From the IMG/VR virus record IMGVR_UViG_3300047576_000027, positions 43,604 to 107,603 of that record: a stretch of 64,000 bases of DNA, one strand, 5' to 3'. A program made the translations under genes and the position numbers. This document shows positions 37,769 through 46,702 of this stretch, one piece after another; the first letter of the stretch is position 1, and the number at the start of each line of letters is the position of its first letter. The notes beneath the pieces were generated by a model, which searched no databases, was not told the origin of the DNA, and saw nothing but the letters and a program-made list of their open reading frames with translations. Source of the stretch: a virus. Lineage: Duplodnaviria; Caudoviricetes.

Positions 37769-39018
37769 GCCACCACCTCTACGCTATAAAGGTGTGGATC
37801 ACGCTCATCAAGTTCCATCTTTTCAAGCAGTTCTGTCGGCAAGGCACCCTGACCCCACAATGAAAACGATTGCTCCGGCGAAGCTGGATAGGTTGCAAGA
37901 AATTTTCCCAATTCGCCCCGGCGCGCAAATATCTCCCGCTCAGTCTCCCACCACGCAAGCTGCTCAATCGTCGCGCGGATGGTGACTCCGTTATTCCATT
38001 CGGCAGACGTTCGCTCGATCAGTTCGGCGTGCTCCAGTGTGTGCTTTGATGGTGTCCAGTTTGGCGGTGGCACTCTTCGGTATTTCCTGGAGTTAAAAAA
38101 CCAGGGAATAAAGACATAGACCCAGGATTCCCAGCCCGCTTCTTTGTTCCGGCATGATTCGCTGACTTCCCGCCAGTAGCCGGTTGGCCCCGCTGAGGTT
38201 CCCTCCTGGATGTGCAGCGTTGACCGCGCCTTCGGGATCGTTGGCATTAGGGAGAAATTGATATCGTAATCCGCGTTGTAGTAAAGTGGCACCTCAGTCA
38301 AATGCGAAACATCCTGAGTGGTCCCGACGCCCATCCCGCTTTTCTGGTTAGCCATCTGGTAAACCAGCCGTGAATCGAGCGGAAACTTAAAGCCAATTTC
38401 AGTAGCCTTCACGTCCGGGTAGACTTCCGGCATCAGCCACCACGGAAGGTTGTTAATGGCCTTCTTGTCGCGGTCGTAAAGTTCGTCCGCGCCAGCGGGG
38501 TTGAGCGCTCCCGCAAAAGCTCTCGTTCCCTTCCAGAAGAGCATTCGGTGGATTGTCAGCATCCGGCAGATGGCCGTGTAGTACTGTTGCCGTGTCTTGT
38601 GGGCGATTACGCGAATCCCTTCGGTGAATCCGTATTTGGCATACTCCGCATAGACTTCCTCTTCGCGCTTGCCAATGGCACTAATGAGCCGCTCCTGCGA
38701 CTCCTGAAACCGAACGGGGCCAAGTGTCTCTTCGCCAGTCGTAGTGCCAGTATCGATCCCTATGGAATGATAACGCTGCGCATAGTAGGAAAAATCTGCC
38801 TTGCAAATCAAACGCTCTGACTGAATAAAAGCCTGTTCCTTGTCATCGGGAAGTCGCGTCAGTTGCCCCGGAGGCAGAGCCTGCCCGCGATCATCAAACC
38901 GGAGCTTCTCCAGCTTCGCGGCTTTCTCCAGTGAACGGTCGCGCGACAGACGCTCGTAAACAAGACCAGCGCGTTTGGCCTGATGGAGGCGGGATTCCGT
39001 GATGGAGGAAGAGTACAA
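37765..39018 (-). CDS. Terminase large subunit, ATPase domain (separate ORF; TTG start likely)
   Basis: HKTRQQYYT Walker A-like, SHLTEV Walker B, EGTS coupling motif, FIPWF, YPASPEQSF. Confidence 0.85.
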   Translation of the reverse strand: MYSSSITESRLHQAKRAGLVYERLSRDRSLEKAAKLEKLRFDDRGQALPPGQLTRLPDDKEQAFIQSERLICKADFSYYAQRYHSIGIDTGTTTGEETLGPVRFQESQERLISAIGKREEEVYAEYAKYGFTEGIRVIAHKTRQQYYTAICRMLTIHRMLFWKGTRAFAGALNPAGADELYDRDKKAINNLPWWLMPEVYPDVKATEIGFKFPLDSRLVYQMANQKSGMGVGTTQDVSHLTEVPLYYNADYDINFSLMPTIPKARSTLHIQEGTSAGPTGYWREVSESCRNKEAGWESWVYVFIPWFFNSRKYRRVPPPNWTPSKHTLEHAELIERTSAEWNNGVTIRATIEQLAWWETEREIFARRGELGKFLATYPASPEQSFSLWGQGALPTELLEKMELDERDPHLYSVEVVA

Positions 39019-39043
39019 AAAGACAACCTGATCTGGGCTACGG

Positions 39044-39358
39044 TCAGTTGACAGCAGTCGTGGGCGCAATCGGCGGATCTGGCACGGCTACCACCGCCTT
39101 GTGCGGCACTCGTTCCCGAAACAAACCAGACGCCATGTTCGCGGCCCAGTGCTGAAAGTCCGGATTACCAGCGAGTTCCGTTGGCCGCGCCGGGATCGCC
39201 GCGCCGTTGTTCTTATGCTCGGTCCAAAGTTTCGACACAATAGCGCAGACCGTCGTGTGATCGGGACCGCCAGGGCCGCAGATTTGCTTGCAGGACGGAC
39301 AGGGCTGGCCGGGAACTGGCTTGTAGCCGGCGATGTGCTCGTAATCAACAATGTTCAT
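39044..39358 (-). CDS. Zinc-finger protein
   Basis: CPSC...H...C; ATGA coupling. Confidence 0.55.
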   Translation of the reverse strand: MNIVDYEHIAGYKPVPGQPCPSCKQICGPGGPDHTTVCAIVSKLWTEHKNNGAAIPARPTELAGNPDFQHWAANMASGLFRERVPHKAVVAVPDPPIAPTTAVN

Positions 39359-39696
39359 ATGTTCTCCACTATACAGAATTCGGAGTCGGCACCGGCAGGC
39401 AAAGGAACGGCGCATGAAGTTACCCATGGCAATGGCGCGCGGCTGAACCCGGATGGGCCGGGCCATGGATAAAACCATGCGGGGACCATAACTGGATCGG
39501 GGTTTATGTTTGACCAGTGGAGAACCACCGCACTGGCTGGGCTGAAAATATAATAGTACTCAATAACAGTCACAGGGGCCACGTCCGGCACCGGCAGGCT
39601 CCCCACGTCTGCGATGGCTATCGCCTTTGCGGGCGTCACCCTCGCCACCAGCGGCGCAAGCAGCACGCTGAAGAATCCTCGTCTTGTTAGTTTCAT
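39355..39696 (-). CDS. Small protein with twin-arginine (Tat-like) signal
   Basis: MKLTRRGFFSVLLAPLVA...AKA. Confidence 0.6.
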   Translation of the reverse strand: MKLTRRGFFSVLLAPLVARVTPAKAIAIADVGSLPVPDVAPVTVIEYYYIFSPASAVVLHWSNINPDPVMVPAWFYPWPGPSGFSRAPLPWVTSCAVPLPAGADSEFCIVENI

Positions 39697-39754
39697 ATGC
39701 CCCCTTCACCGATTGTCTTCTCATGTTATCCCATGGCCATCAAACCGGGAAAGA

Positions 39755-39946
39755 TCAAGGCTTTTTCAGTTCCTCTATCCTCGCGCCGATGATTGCGGTC
39801 AGCGTCCACATTTCATCGAAGGTTTCACGGTCAGGCTCTTTGCCTCCGCCCGCGATCCGGCTAACTGAGCGGGCGGCACTGTAGAGTGCCTTAATACGGC
39901 GCAGTTTGGGCGCGAGTTGGACCTTTGTTTTTTTGGATTGGCTCAT
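39755..39946 (-). CDS. Hypothetical protein
   Basis: RBS GAGGAG. Confidence 0.5.
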   Translation of the reverse strand: MSQSKKTKVQLAPKLRRIKALYSAARSVSRIAGGGKEPDRETFDEMWTLTAIIGARIEELKKP

Positions 39947-39965
39947 ACATCTCCTCGTTTAAGTT

Positions 39966-40421
39966 TCATTGGCGGGGATGCCTTTCACACGGGCTAAAAA
40001 CAGCCCGGGTCACGGGATCTCCTTCTTCATCCACTTCCCCGGTTTCCTCGTAGTCGATAATTCCACACGAGCAAGTCCGGTACGATTCAAACTTATCTAC
40101 AGCCAGTTGCGCCTGGCGTTCGATTCCGCCGCTTTCACGGAATGATTGAATCGTCAGTGGAATTGAAACAACGAAATACTGGCCATCTGACCGAAGCCCG
40201 GTTATAGAGGCGATAATGCGGCCATCGGCCGTACGCTGGAAGTCATGCGAATTGACATCCAGCCACGATCTTGAATCGTCACACTTTAGTGGCGAGGTAT
40301 CACCCTTGCTCCAAAATCGCCGCATGGTGACCGCACTCGGTTCATATCTGATTCGGGGGACATTCCGAAAAATGACGATGTTTGCGTACCTCAATTCAGC
40401 ATCTGTAAGTTCTTCGGTCAT
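39966..40421 (-). CDS. Hypothetical protein
   Basis: MTEELTD start coupled to upstream stop. Confidence 0.55.
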   Translation of the reverse strand: MTEELTDAELRYANIVIFRNVPRIRYEPSAVTMRRFWSKGDTSPLKCDDSRSWLDVNSHDFQRTADGRIIASITGLRSDGQYFVVSIPLTIQSFRESGGIERQAQLAVDKFESYRTCSCGIIDYEETGEVDEEGDPVTRAVFSPCERHPRQ

Positions 40422-40654
40422 CCCGGAACCTCCCACCAATGAGCCCCCACCGGCTTCTCGTGATACCCCATCGCCATCAGATCGATGCATCCGGAACGAA
40501 TCTTCCGGATCGACCCTGCGTCATCGGGGGACTCTCGTGCCACCATCAGCAACAGTCTCATCCCCGCATGGTATGCCTGATCGCCGTATGCCTCAAGCAG
40601 CCCATCGGCACTGTGCCAGGGATGTACCGGCGTCTCTCTTGTGTCTGACATCAA
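40418..40654 (-). CDS. Hypothetical protein
   Basis: Overlapping start/stop chain. Confidence 0.5.
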   Translation of the reverse strand: MMSDTRETPVHPWHSADGLLEAYGDQAYHAGMRLLLMVARESPDDAGSIRKIRSGCIDLMAMGYHEKPVGAHWWEVPG

Positions 40655-41001
40655 TCCTCCCCCTCATCAATGGCATCCCGCTCCAGCGCGGCAACCATTC
40701 GCTCCCTCAAACTCAATTTCTCTTCATCCCCTACCCCGTACGTAATTTCAGTATCGTGCCGCGATGGCTGTTCGGTGATAATGAAAACGGGTGCGGGTTC
40801 GCCGGTTTTCGGGTTCAGCCTTTCGGTCAGTTCCAGTTCCTTCAGGTCGTTCATGCGGCGCATCTCGCGGGATATCGTGGCGAACGGGGTGGCGAAGTCA
40901 AGGAAAAAGTTTTTGATACCGGAGCGACGACTGTATATCAGGAACGCCAGCGAAAGGGCGGCCATTACCACGATGGCTATTGTGATGGTTTTGTCCGTCA
41001 T
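40651..41001 (-). CDS. N-terminal TM protein
   Basis: TITIAIVVMAALSLAFLIY anchor. Confidence 0.55.
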   Translation of the reverse strand: MTDKTITIAIVVMAALSLAFLIYSRRSGIKNFFLDFATPFATISREMRRMNDLKELELTERLNPKTGEPAPVFIITEQPSRHDTEITYGVGDEEKLSLRERMVAALERDAIDEGED

Positions 41002-41201
41002 CACTCCACACCCCGTTTTGTCGGATTCCACCGGCACCCCGGACTGTCACAGGCATACCCCTCACAGTCCTCCATGAGTCCGGTTCGGAGGTCGCGGCGC
41101 TGCCATTTTTTGACCACACAAAGAGAACCGCATTCGCAGCGAAAGGCGGTTGTGGCCTGTTTTGACGAGAACCACTTCATGAGCCGGTCGCGGATCGTCA
41201 C
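41001..41201 (-). CDS. Small Cys-rich protein
   Basis: CECG...CDSPGC. Confidence 0.5.
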   Translation of the reverse strand: MTIRDRLMKWFSSKQATTAFRCECGSLCVVKKWQRRDLRTGLMEDCEGYACDSPGCRWNPTKRGVE

Positions 41202-41467
41202 AGCTCTATCGCCTCGAAGATACCGTTTCTGGATCGTCCGCTCTCATCACCAGCCAGTTGTTCGCGAAACCAGACCGCGAGTCCATATGGACCTCTGGCC
41301 TCCATTTCACGATTAAGATCCGCGATACTTATCTTTACCTTGCGGCCCTGGAATTTGCCGACCACGTGATGACCGCTCTTTGAGAAACGCAGGCCGTTGT
41401 AGGTCGGATCTTCTTCAGTGCGAGCGATGTAGTTGAGTGAGCAGATGAGTGGGTTTTGGATCTTCAT
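41198..41467 (-). CDS. Hypothetical protein
   Basis: Operon continuity. Confidence 0.5.
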   Translation of the reverse strand: MKIQNPLICSLNYIARTEEDPTYNGLRFSKSGHHVVGKFQGRKVKISIADLNREMEARGPYGLAVWFREQLAGDESGRSRNGIFEAIEL

Positions 41468-41592
41468 TTAGTTTCTTACCCTAGAGATTTCAATCACGTC
41501 AGCCTGCGCGTAGTTCTCAGATGTAACGTCAGCGATCCGCACAGCCACGAACGGAGGATACCTTCGCCGTCCGTATTCGTCAGACGCTTGCT

Positions 41593-42156
41593 TCATAACT
41601 CAATCACCCTCCCGTCCGTAATACAAAGCCTCGACCTTACACTCGCGGTCAGTTCACGTACCCGGTCGAGAGTTGCCTTGCCGTATTCGCCGCCCGTCGC
41701 ATCGCACAGTTCCCGAAGGAACTCCGGTGCGGGGTCAGGACCGACATAGAAGACATCAACCTTTAACCCTGCCGCCGCCCTGATCGCGGCGCTCTCGCTG
41801 TCCGGTTCCCCATCGGTAATCAAAACGACGTGCTGTACTCCTCCATCCTTCACCTTCAGAAACGCCTGTGCCATGTTAGTTCCGCCGTGCGTATCGGGCA
41901 CCGGATCACCGGGGGCCATCTCACTGCAATCGGACGCGAACTCGAAACGGCGCACATCGCGGAACTCTGCGGCCAATACCCTGAGTTGCTGAATCTTCGT
42001 TTTCCCCGCGCCAATCCATTCGTTCATCGATCCGGAAAGATCGAGCAGGAGGGCTGAGGTTCCAGGCAACGTACTGCCCGTTCCGTATTTTGCCGCCAGG
42101 GCGGACCTGAGTCGCGATCCCAGACTGACACTGCCTCTCGTCGTTATCTCACCCAT
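41593..42156 (-). CDS. vWA domain protein
   Basis: MIDAS DLSGS, GGTNM, ITDG. Confidence 0.9.
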   Translation of the reverse strand: MGEITTRGSVSLGSRLRSALAAKYGTGSTLPGTSALLLDLSGSMNEWIGAGKTKIQQLRVLAAEFRDVRRFEFASDCSEMAPGDPVPDTHGGTNMAQAFLKVKDGGVQHVVLITDGEPDSESAAIRAAAGLKVDVFYVGPDPAPEFLRELCDATGGEYGKATLDRVRELTASVRSRLCITDGRVIEL

Positions 42157-42652
42157 TCCTTAATAACTCCCCCACTTCCGAGAGCACCTGATCGAGTTTC
42201 CCCTTGGCCTCGCGGACTTCCCTGAATTTGTCGGCAGAACCGCCAAGGTCCGGATGATTCTTTTTCGCCAGTACGCGGTAACCCTCGGTGACGATGCGTT
42301 CCAGCAGCGGCATGGATTCGAGGTCCAGATCGCTCAATGAATCGACCCCGCCGTTCTGCATGGCAAGCCATTCCATGTACCCGCGCCGGAACTTCTCGTG
42401 CTCTGCTGCTTTATCCCATCCGATTACGGCCATCTCGGCTTTCTCCCAGGCGCGGATGACGAGCCATGTATTGGCGGTCGATACGCGCAACGCTTTTAAT
42501 GCTGTCTCTGCCTGCTCCCACTGGTAAATCTCCAGATTGGCTTTTCCCCAAAACTTCGGCGGGGGCGGGGTAACCGGGCCGCTGGGCGCGTTTACGGCGT
42601 AGGCTTTTGCTTCTTCCTGTCCAGTCTCGTAATTCCAGGCCACTGGAGTCAT
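42149..42652 (-). CDS. C-terminal DnaJ J-domain protein
   Basis: GYRVLAKKNHPDLGGSADKF. Confidence 0.85.
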   Translation of the reverse strand: MTPVAWNYETGQEEAKAYAVNAPSGPVTPPPPKFWGKANLEIYQWEQAETALKALRVSTANTWLVIRAWEKAEMAVIGWDKAAEHEKFRRGYMEWLAMQNGGVDSLSDLDLESMPLLERIVTEGYRVLAKKNHPDLGGSADKFREVREAKGKLDQVLSEVGELLRNG

Positions 42653-42708
42653 TCTATCGCTGGCCGTATCGTTTTACAAGTTTTAAATTACGCGATACTA
42701 TAAATTCC

Positions 42709-43230
42709 ATGCCCCAACTGGTCGGCATCTGCCAGAAGTGCCGCAGTCTGATGCCGCTGACCCGGCACCATATCATTCCGAAGTCGAAGGGTGGAACGTG
42801 GGATACCGATAACATTGCGCTGGTCTGCCGTCCGTGCCACGACGAACTGGATGCGGCAGCCGGGGTCGGGAAGTTACCGGCATTACCGGCAGAGCATCAT
42901 CGGGCAAGGAAGAGAGCGGCCGAGAAGCGCCGACGGACACGGCAACGGATGCTAAAGCGCGGCGGGTGTATCGATTGCGGCGGATCCATCGCGAAAAAAC
43001 TAAAACCGTCAGTTCGGTGCCAGAAATGCCAGTGGCAACACGACGATAAACTCTGGGCAGATGCGCGGGAGAGTTTGCGGGCGAGTAAGGCGGGGCTTAT
43101 CCCTGAGCATGGCAAGTGCTCGCGTTGCTCGGATGTGAGCAGAAAGATCACTGGCGGGCTGTGCCGGAACTGTGCGGCGAAAACTCAGGATACCGCCAAA
43201 GTAATCGACGAATTTTTCAGACAGGCGTGA
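42709..43230 (+). CDS. HNH endonuclease with additional zinc fingers
   Basis: CQKC...HHIIPKSKGG...N...CRPCH. Confidence 0.85.
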   Translation: MPQLVGICQKCRSLMPLTRHHIIPKSKGGTWDTDNIALVCRPCHDELDAAAGVGKLPALPAEHHRARKRAAEKRRRTRQRMLKRGGCIDCGGSIAKKLKPSVRCQKCQWQHDDKLWADARESLRASKAGLIPEHGKCSRCSDVSRKITGGLCRNCAAKTQDTAKVIDEFFRQA

Positions 43231-43244
43231 GGGGACTCACGGCT

Positions 43245-44027
43245 TCACTGCACACTACCACTGCCATCATCATCTTCCGGCTCCACATCCACATCAATCG
43301 TCATAACCCCGAGCGCCCCCGAAACTGCCGATCCATGCCCCGCGCCGCCAAAGTTCTGAACGATCTGGACACCGGACTTTCCCTTCGTAATCAGACCCGC
43401 GATTTCAAGCACCCGGTCCCTGCTGTGCTCATCGCCAGGTTTCCGCACGCTCATCACACCATGGCATCCAGGGCAGGTGCGGCAGTAGAGAATTTCCTCG
43501 TGCTCCTCCGTCTCGCCGGTCTCGGCATTCTTTCGCTTCACTACTGTGGTGGCCAGTATCCGATACCCCGCTGTCTCCATCGGCAACCCGGCAGGCGCAC
43601 TAACCCACCCCAGTCCGTCACACCGCTCACAAAATTCATCCCTCGTCATGGCATCGCCTGCCATGTCCCTGACTATCCCTGCTGCGCGCCTTTGGGCATG
43701 AGCGATAGCGATCTGGCTTGATGCCCGCTGGAACCAGTTGCCAAACTCCAGAAGATCGATATCGCACTGCTTGGCAACTGTCTGTAACCGCAATACCCGG
43801 CCCGGCGTGCTGATTAGTTCCAAAAACCTGCGAAACCTCGGGTCCTGGTCACGCGCCAGCGCCTGCTGGACAGCAACGTCCGTTTCAACCCCAATCTCTT
43901 CGAGGTATGCGCCGTAGACCTCATCCTCCTTGCCTTTACCGGATGCGGGGACCAGGCCACGGAGGCCATCTTTTTCTTTTAGGGTTTTTGGGGGTTTGCG
44001 GTCGGGCATGGGCTTGTGGTCGGCCAT
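43245..44027 (-). CDS. Putative terminase small subunit with CxxCxGxG zinc finger
   Basis: HTH-like segment, CERCDGLG...CPGCHG, VLEIAGL...VQIVQNF...IDV C-terminus. Confidence 0.5.
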   Translation of the reverse strand: MADHKPMPDRKPPKTLKEKDGLRGLVPASGKGKEDEVYGAYLEEIGVETDVAVQQALARDQDPRFRRFLELISTPGRVLRLQTVAKQCDIDLLEFGNWFQRASSQIAIAHAQRRAAGIVRDMAGDAMTRDEFCERCDGLGWVSAPAGLPMETAGYRILATTVVKRKNAETGETEEHEEILYCRTCPGCHGVMSVRKPGDEHSRDRVLEIAGLITKGKSGVQIVQNFGGAGHGSAVSGALGVMTIDVDVEPEDDDGSGSVQ

Positions 44028-44304
44028 GGTCTCAAGTTACCCCATTCGATCTTTTCCAGACAACCATTGCAGTCAGGGCAAACCATAAGTTCCCCGTTCG
44101 AAAGATATAACTTATGGCCGCAGTTTCTGCAAATGCAATTTTCGGAACTGGCCACTCCCTGAGTTGGCGAAGGCGAATGACTCGCTTGCCAGGCTGCGTG
44201 CCGCTGTGGATACTCTCGATGCCACCGGGCTGTCACAGATTCCAACTCTGCCAGCCACGCTTTCAAGAACTCACTTGTAATTCGGCTTGGTCTGTCTTCC
44301 ACGC

Positions 44305-44604
44305 TCATTTATCCTCATAGCGGCATGATGCAAAAAGTCGGAAAATTCCACAAGGATCACTGTAGTCGTCCTCTACGTCCTCGATAACATCACACTCAAC
44401 ACAATTCTCCGCCAGCACGTGAAGCCGAAAGCGTACGCCGCACCCGTCACAGTACCATGCGGCTTTTGTTCCTTCCGTTAGGTGATCTACTCTGAAATCG
44501 TCTTTTTTGCAGGCGGGGCAACGGATGTAACGCCCTGGTTTGGTGAAGGACTCCTGCATCCGAGCGTCTCCCGTTACCGACTCGATTAATTGGCGGCCCG
44601 TCAT
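44305..44604 (-). CDS. Zinc-ribbon protein
   Basis: CPAC...CDGCG. Confidence 0.5.
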   Translation of the reverse strand: MTGRQLIESVTGDARMQESFTKPGRYIRCPACKKDDFRVDHLTEGTKAAWYCDGCGVRFRLHVLAENCVECDVIEDVEDDYSDPCGIFRLFASCRYEDK

Positions 44605-44852
44605 GGTTCTATTATTACAAGTTTAAAGCTATTTTTTGATTTTAAATTTTGTAAAATTTTGTAAACTGTGTCGGTACGGCGCCGGTTTTGCCGGATGCCC
44701 GGGTACCCACCTTGAACAATGACGCGCATTTATTGATAATCCGGGACAATCAATCGGTCGCGCCGGTGGCCAGCCGGCGAGAGCGCAGAGCGGAAAGGAA
44801 TAGCTCGGGATGGTCAGCCGGGTGAGCCAGGATGGTCCAGCCGGAGAGTGAA

Positions 44853-44911
44853 TCGTCTCACAAACGTATTAATTTCTTTCTCGTCTCTCAAAGGGGCGAT
44901 TGTGGTATTAT
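44853..44911 (+). promoter_or_regulatory. res-like direct repeats and extended -10 for leaderless resolvase mRNA
   Basis: TCGTCTCACAAACG / TCGTCTCTCAAAGG; TGnTATTAT 6 nt before ATG. Confidence 0.5.
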
Positions 44912-44917
44912 TAAGTC

Positions 44918-45589
44918 ATGAGAATAGCTATCTACGCGAGGGTTTCAACCCTCGACAAGTGCCCCAGGTGCCGGAAGTTGGGTGAGCGCATGGGCGGGAC
45001 TAAACTATGGTGCTCATCTTGTAAGGTCGAGTTCCAGGGGAAAGGCCAGGACACCGTGAACCAACTTGCGCAACTACGCGAGTATGCCCGGATGCAGGCC
45101 TGGGAAATCACAACTGAGTTCATCGACCGCAAGGGCGCCAAGAACGGAGATCGCGATCAGTTCAGGCTCATGTTCGAAGCCGCTGAACGGAAAGAGTTTG
45201 ACGTTGTGCTGGTCTGGGCACTCGACCGATTCACCCGCGAGGGAATTGAGGGAACATTCAACTACATCGCGAGACTGCTATCAGTAGGATGTCAGTTCTA
45301 CTCGATGACGGAGGAACACTTCCGAACTACCGGACCCGCCGGTTCGCTCATGATCGCGATTGCGGCCTGGATTGCGCAGCAGGAGCGCATCCGTATTAGC
45401 GAGCGCACAAAAGCGGGACTCGCCATAGCTCGTAGTCAAGGCCGCATCGGCGGCCGGAAGCCGATTGAAAAGGATACGGCGCGCATTCTCGAGCTTCGGG
45501 CGGGCGGCTTATCTCTCAGTGAGATAGCCGCGCAGGTCAGCGTGTCCCGTGCGACCGTGGCGCGGGTGTGTACTGGCGCGGGGAAATAA
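44918..45589 (+). CDS. Small serine recombinase (resolvase/invertase) with zinc-ribbon insert
   Basis: YARVST, Q, LDRFTR, ERIRISERTKAGL, GGR, C-terminal HTH. Confidence 0.95.
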   Translation: MRIAIYARVSTLDKCPRCRKLGERMGGTKLWCSSCKVEFQGKGQDTVNQLAQLREYARMQAWEITTEFIDRKGAKNGDRDQFRLMFEAAERKEFDVVLVWALDRFTREGIEGTFNYIARLLSVGCQFYSMTEEHFRTTGPAGSLMIAIAAWIAQQERIRISERTKAGLAIARSQGRIGGRKPIEKDTARILELRAGGLSLSEIAAQVSVSRATVARVCTGAGK

Positions 45590-45650
45590 TTATCAACAAC
45601 GCTTGTAATTGATGATAAATGGGAGTAGAGTGTTAGATACGAGGTGACTT

Positions 45651-45914
45651 ATGACGACAAAAGACCTAAGCTTTCAACGCTCGCAGTGGATCAACAGCAG
45701 CTTGGGAAATCCCCAAACTCACCATCAGGATCTAGCCGTTTATCGCGGCCGCGCCGTCCCTTACGATCCGGCCAGGCCTTGGAGCGAGTATGCACTGGAC
45801 CAAGCCGAGTGGCGCATCTCGGTCGGTTGTGGCACCGATGCTGCCTTGAACGCGGACCGTCTCGCGCTGGCGGCACAGCGGCAACCCCGCTCCGGATGCG
45901 AACAGGGAGAATGA
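45651..45914 (+). CDS. Hypothetical protein
   Basis: RBS GAGGTG; upstream TTGTAA/TAGAGT promoter. Confidence 0.55.
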   Translation: MTTKDLSFQRSQWINSSLGNPQTHHQDLAVYRGRAVPYDPARPWSEYALDQAEWRISVGCGTDAALNADRLALAAQRQPRSGCEQGE

Positions 45915-45919
45915 GGTAA

Positions 45920-46177
45920 ATGCGCCTAACCGCCATTCTCGAATATCCCGACTCACTCACCCGCGAGCAGTTGGGCGCGCGGCTAAGTAAGTGCGGACTG
46001 ACTATCATCAAGGTTACTTTCTCCACGCGGGGACGGCGCCCGCCACCAGCAAGCGTGGTCAGCGAAGCTCGGGAACTTTATGCTTCCGGCGTTCGGCAGG
46101 TGGAGATTGCACGCAGGTTGTGCGTTAGTCAGAGTTCGGTTTCGGGTTGGGTGAACGCGCGGGACGCGCGCTCTTAG
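45920..46177 (+). CDS. Small beta-alpha-beta + HTH protein (paralog 1)
   Basis: ELYASGVRQVEIARRLCVSQSSVSGWV. Confidence 0.75.
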   Translation: MRLTAILEYPDSLTREQLGARLSKCGLTIIKVTFSTRGRRPPPASVVSEARELYASGVRQVEIARRLCVSQSSVSGWVNARDARS

Positions 46178-46614
46178 GCTCAACCCGCGTCGATCCGATC
46201 ATCAGAAACCCATCGTGCGTTCGCGTGGCTTTACGTCCCTGCCGGGCGAACCATTCCTCAACGACTCGATATTCCCATAGCGGCAAGCGCAATGTAGTTG
46301 GTCGCGTTCGTAGGATAAACTTAACAATTTCAAGAGCTTCACGCGGTCTGCTTGGCATGAATCGCACCCATCGTGCGCCAATCCTCGCGTGTTGCGTTCA
46401 GATGATCGCGTGATTCTCTCTCACGCGGAAGAACCACGCGGCCGCAACGGGAACATGTTTTGGCTTCTCTTCCAGCGCGGCGATTCGCGTTCCATGCGCG
46501 ACAAGTGGGACAGCGCCAGTCGCTGCCACGCAAGGTTGTCATGATTCAATGATAGATCACATAAATATTCACAAGTGTGCATATTTATTCATTGACAATT
46601 CTTTCTAATCCCTC

Positions 46615-46688
46615 TTGACATCGCAACCGGCGCTAGCCTAAACTCTCCCCAGAAGCCGCTAACCCCCACCGAGGGTAGCGGCTTTTCC
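46615..46688 (+). terminator. Sigma70-like promoter followed directly by intrinsic terminator (short RNA)
   Basis: TTGACA-18-TAAACT; AAGCCGCTA...TAGCGGCTT plus U tract. Confidence 0.55.
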
Positions 46689-46702
46689 CGTTTCTGCCCT
46701 CC

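Noticed and set aside
40216-41316. 366-aa plus-strand ORF
   Set aside because: Antisense shadow of a chain of coupled minus-strand genes; no motifs
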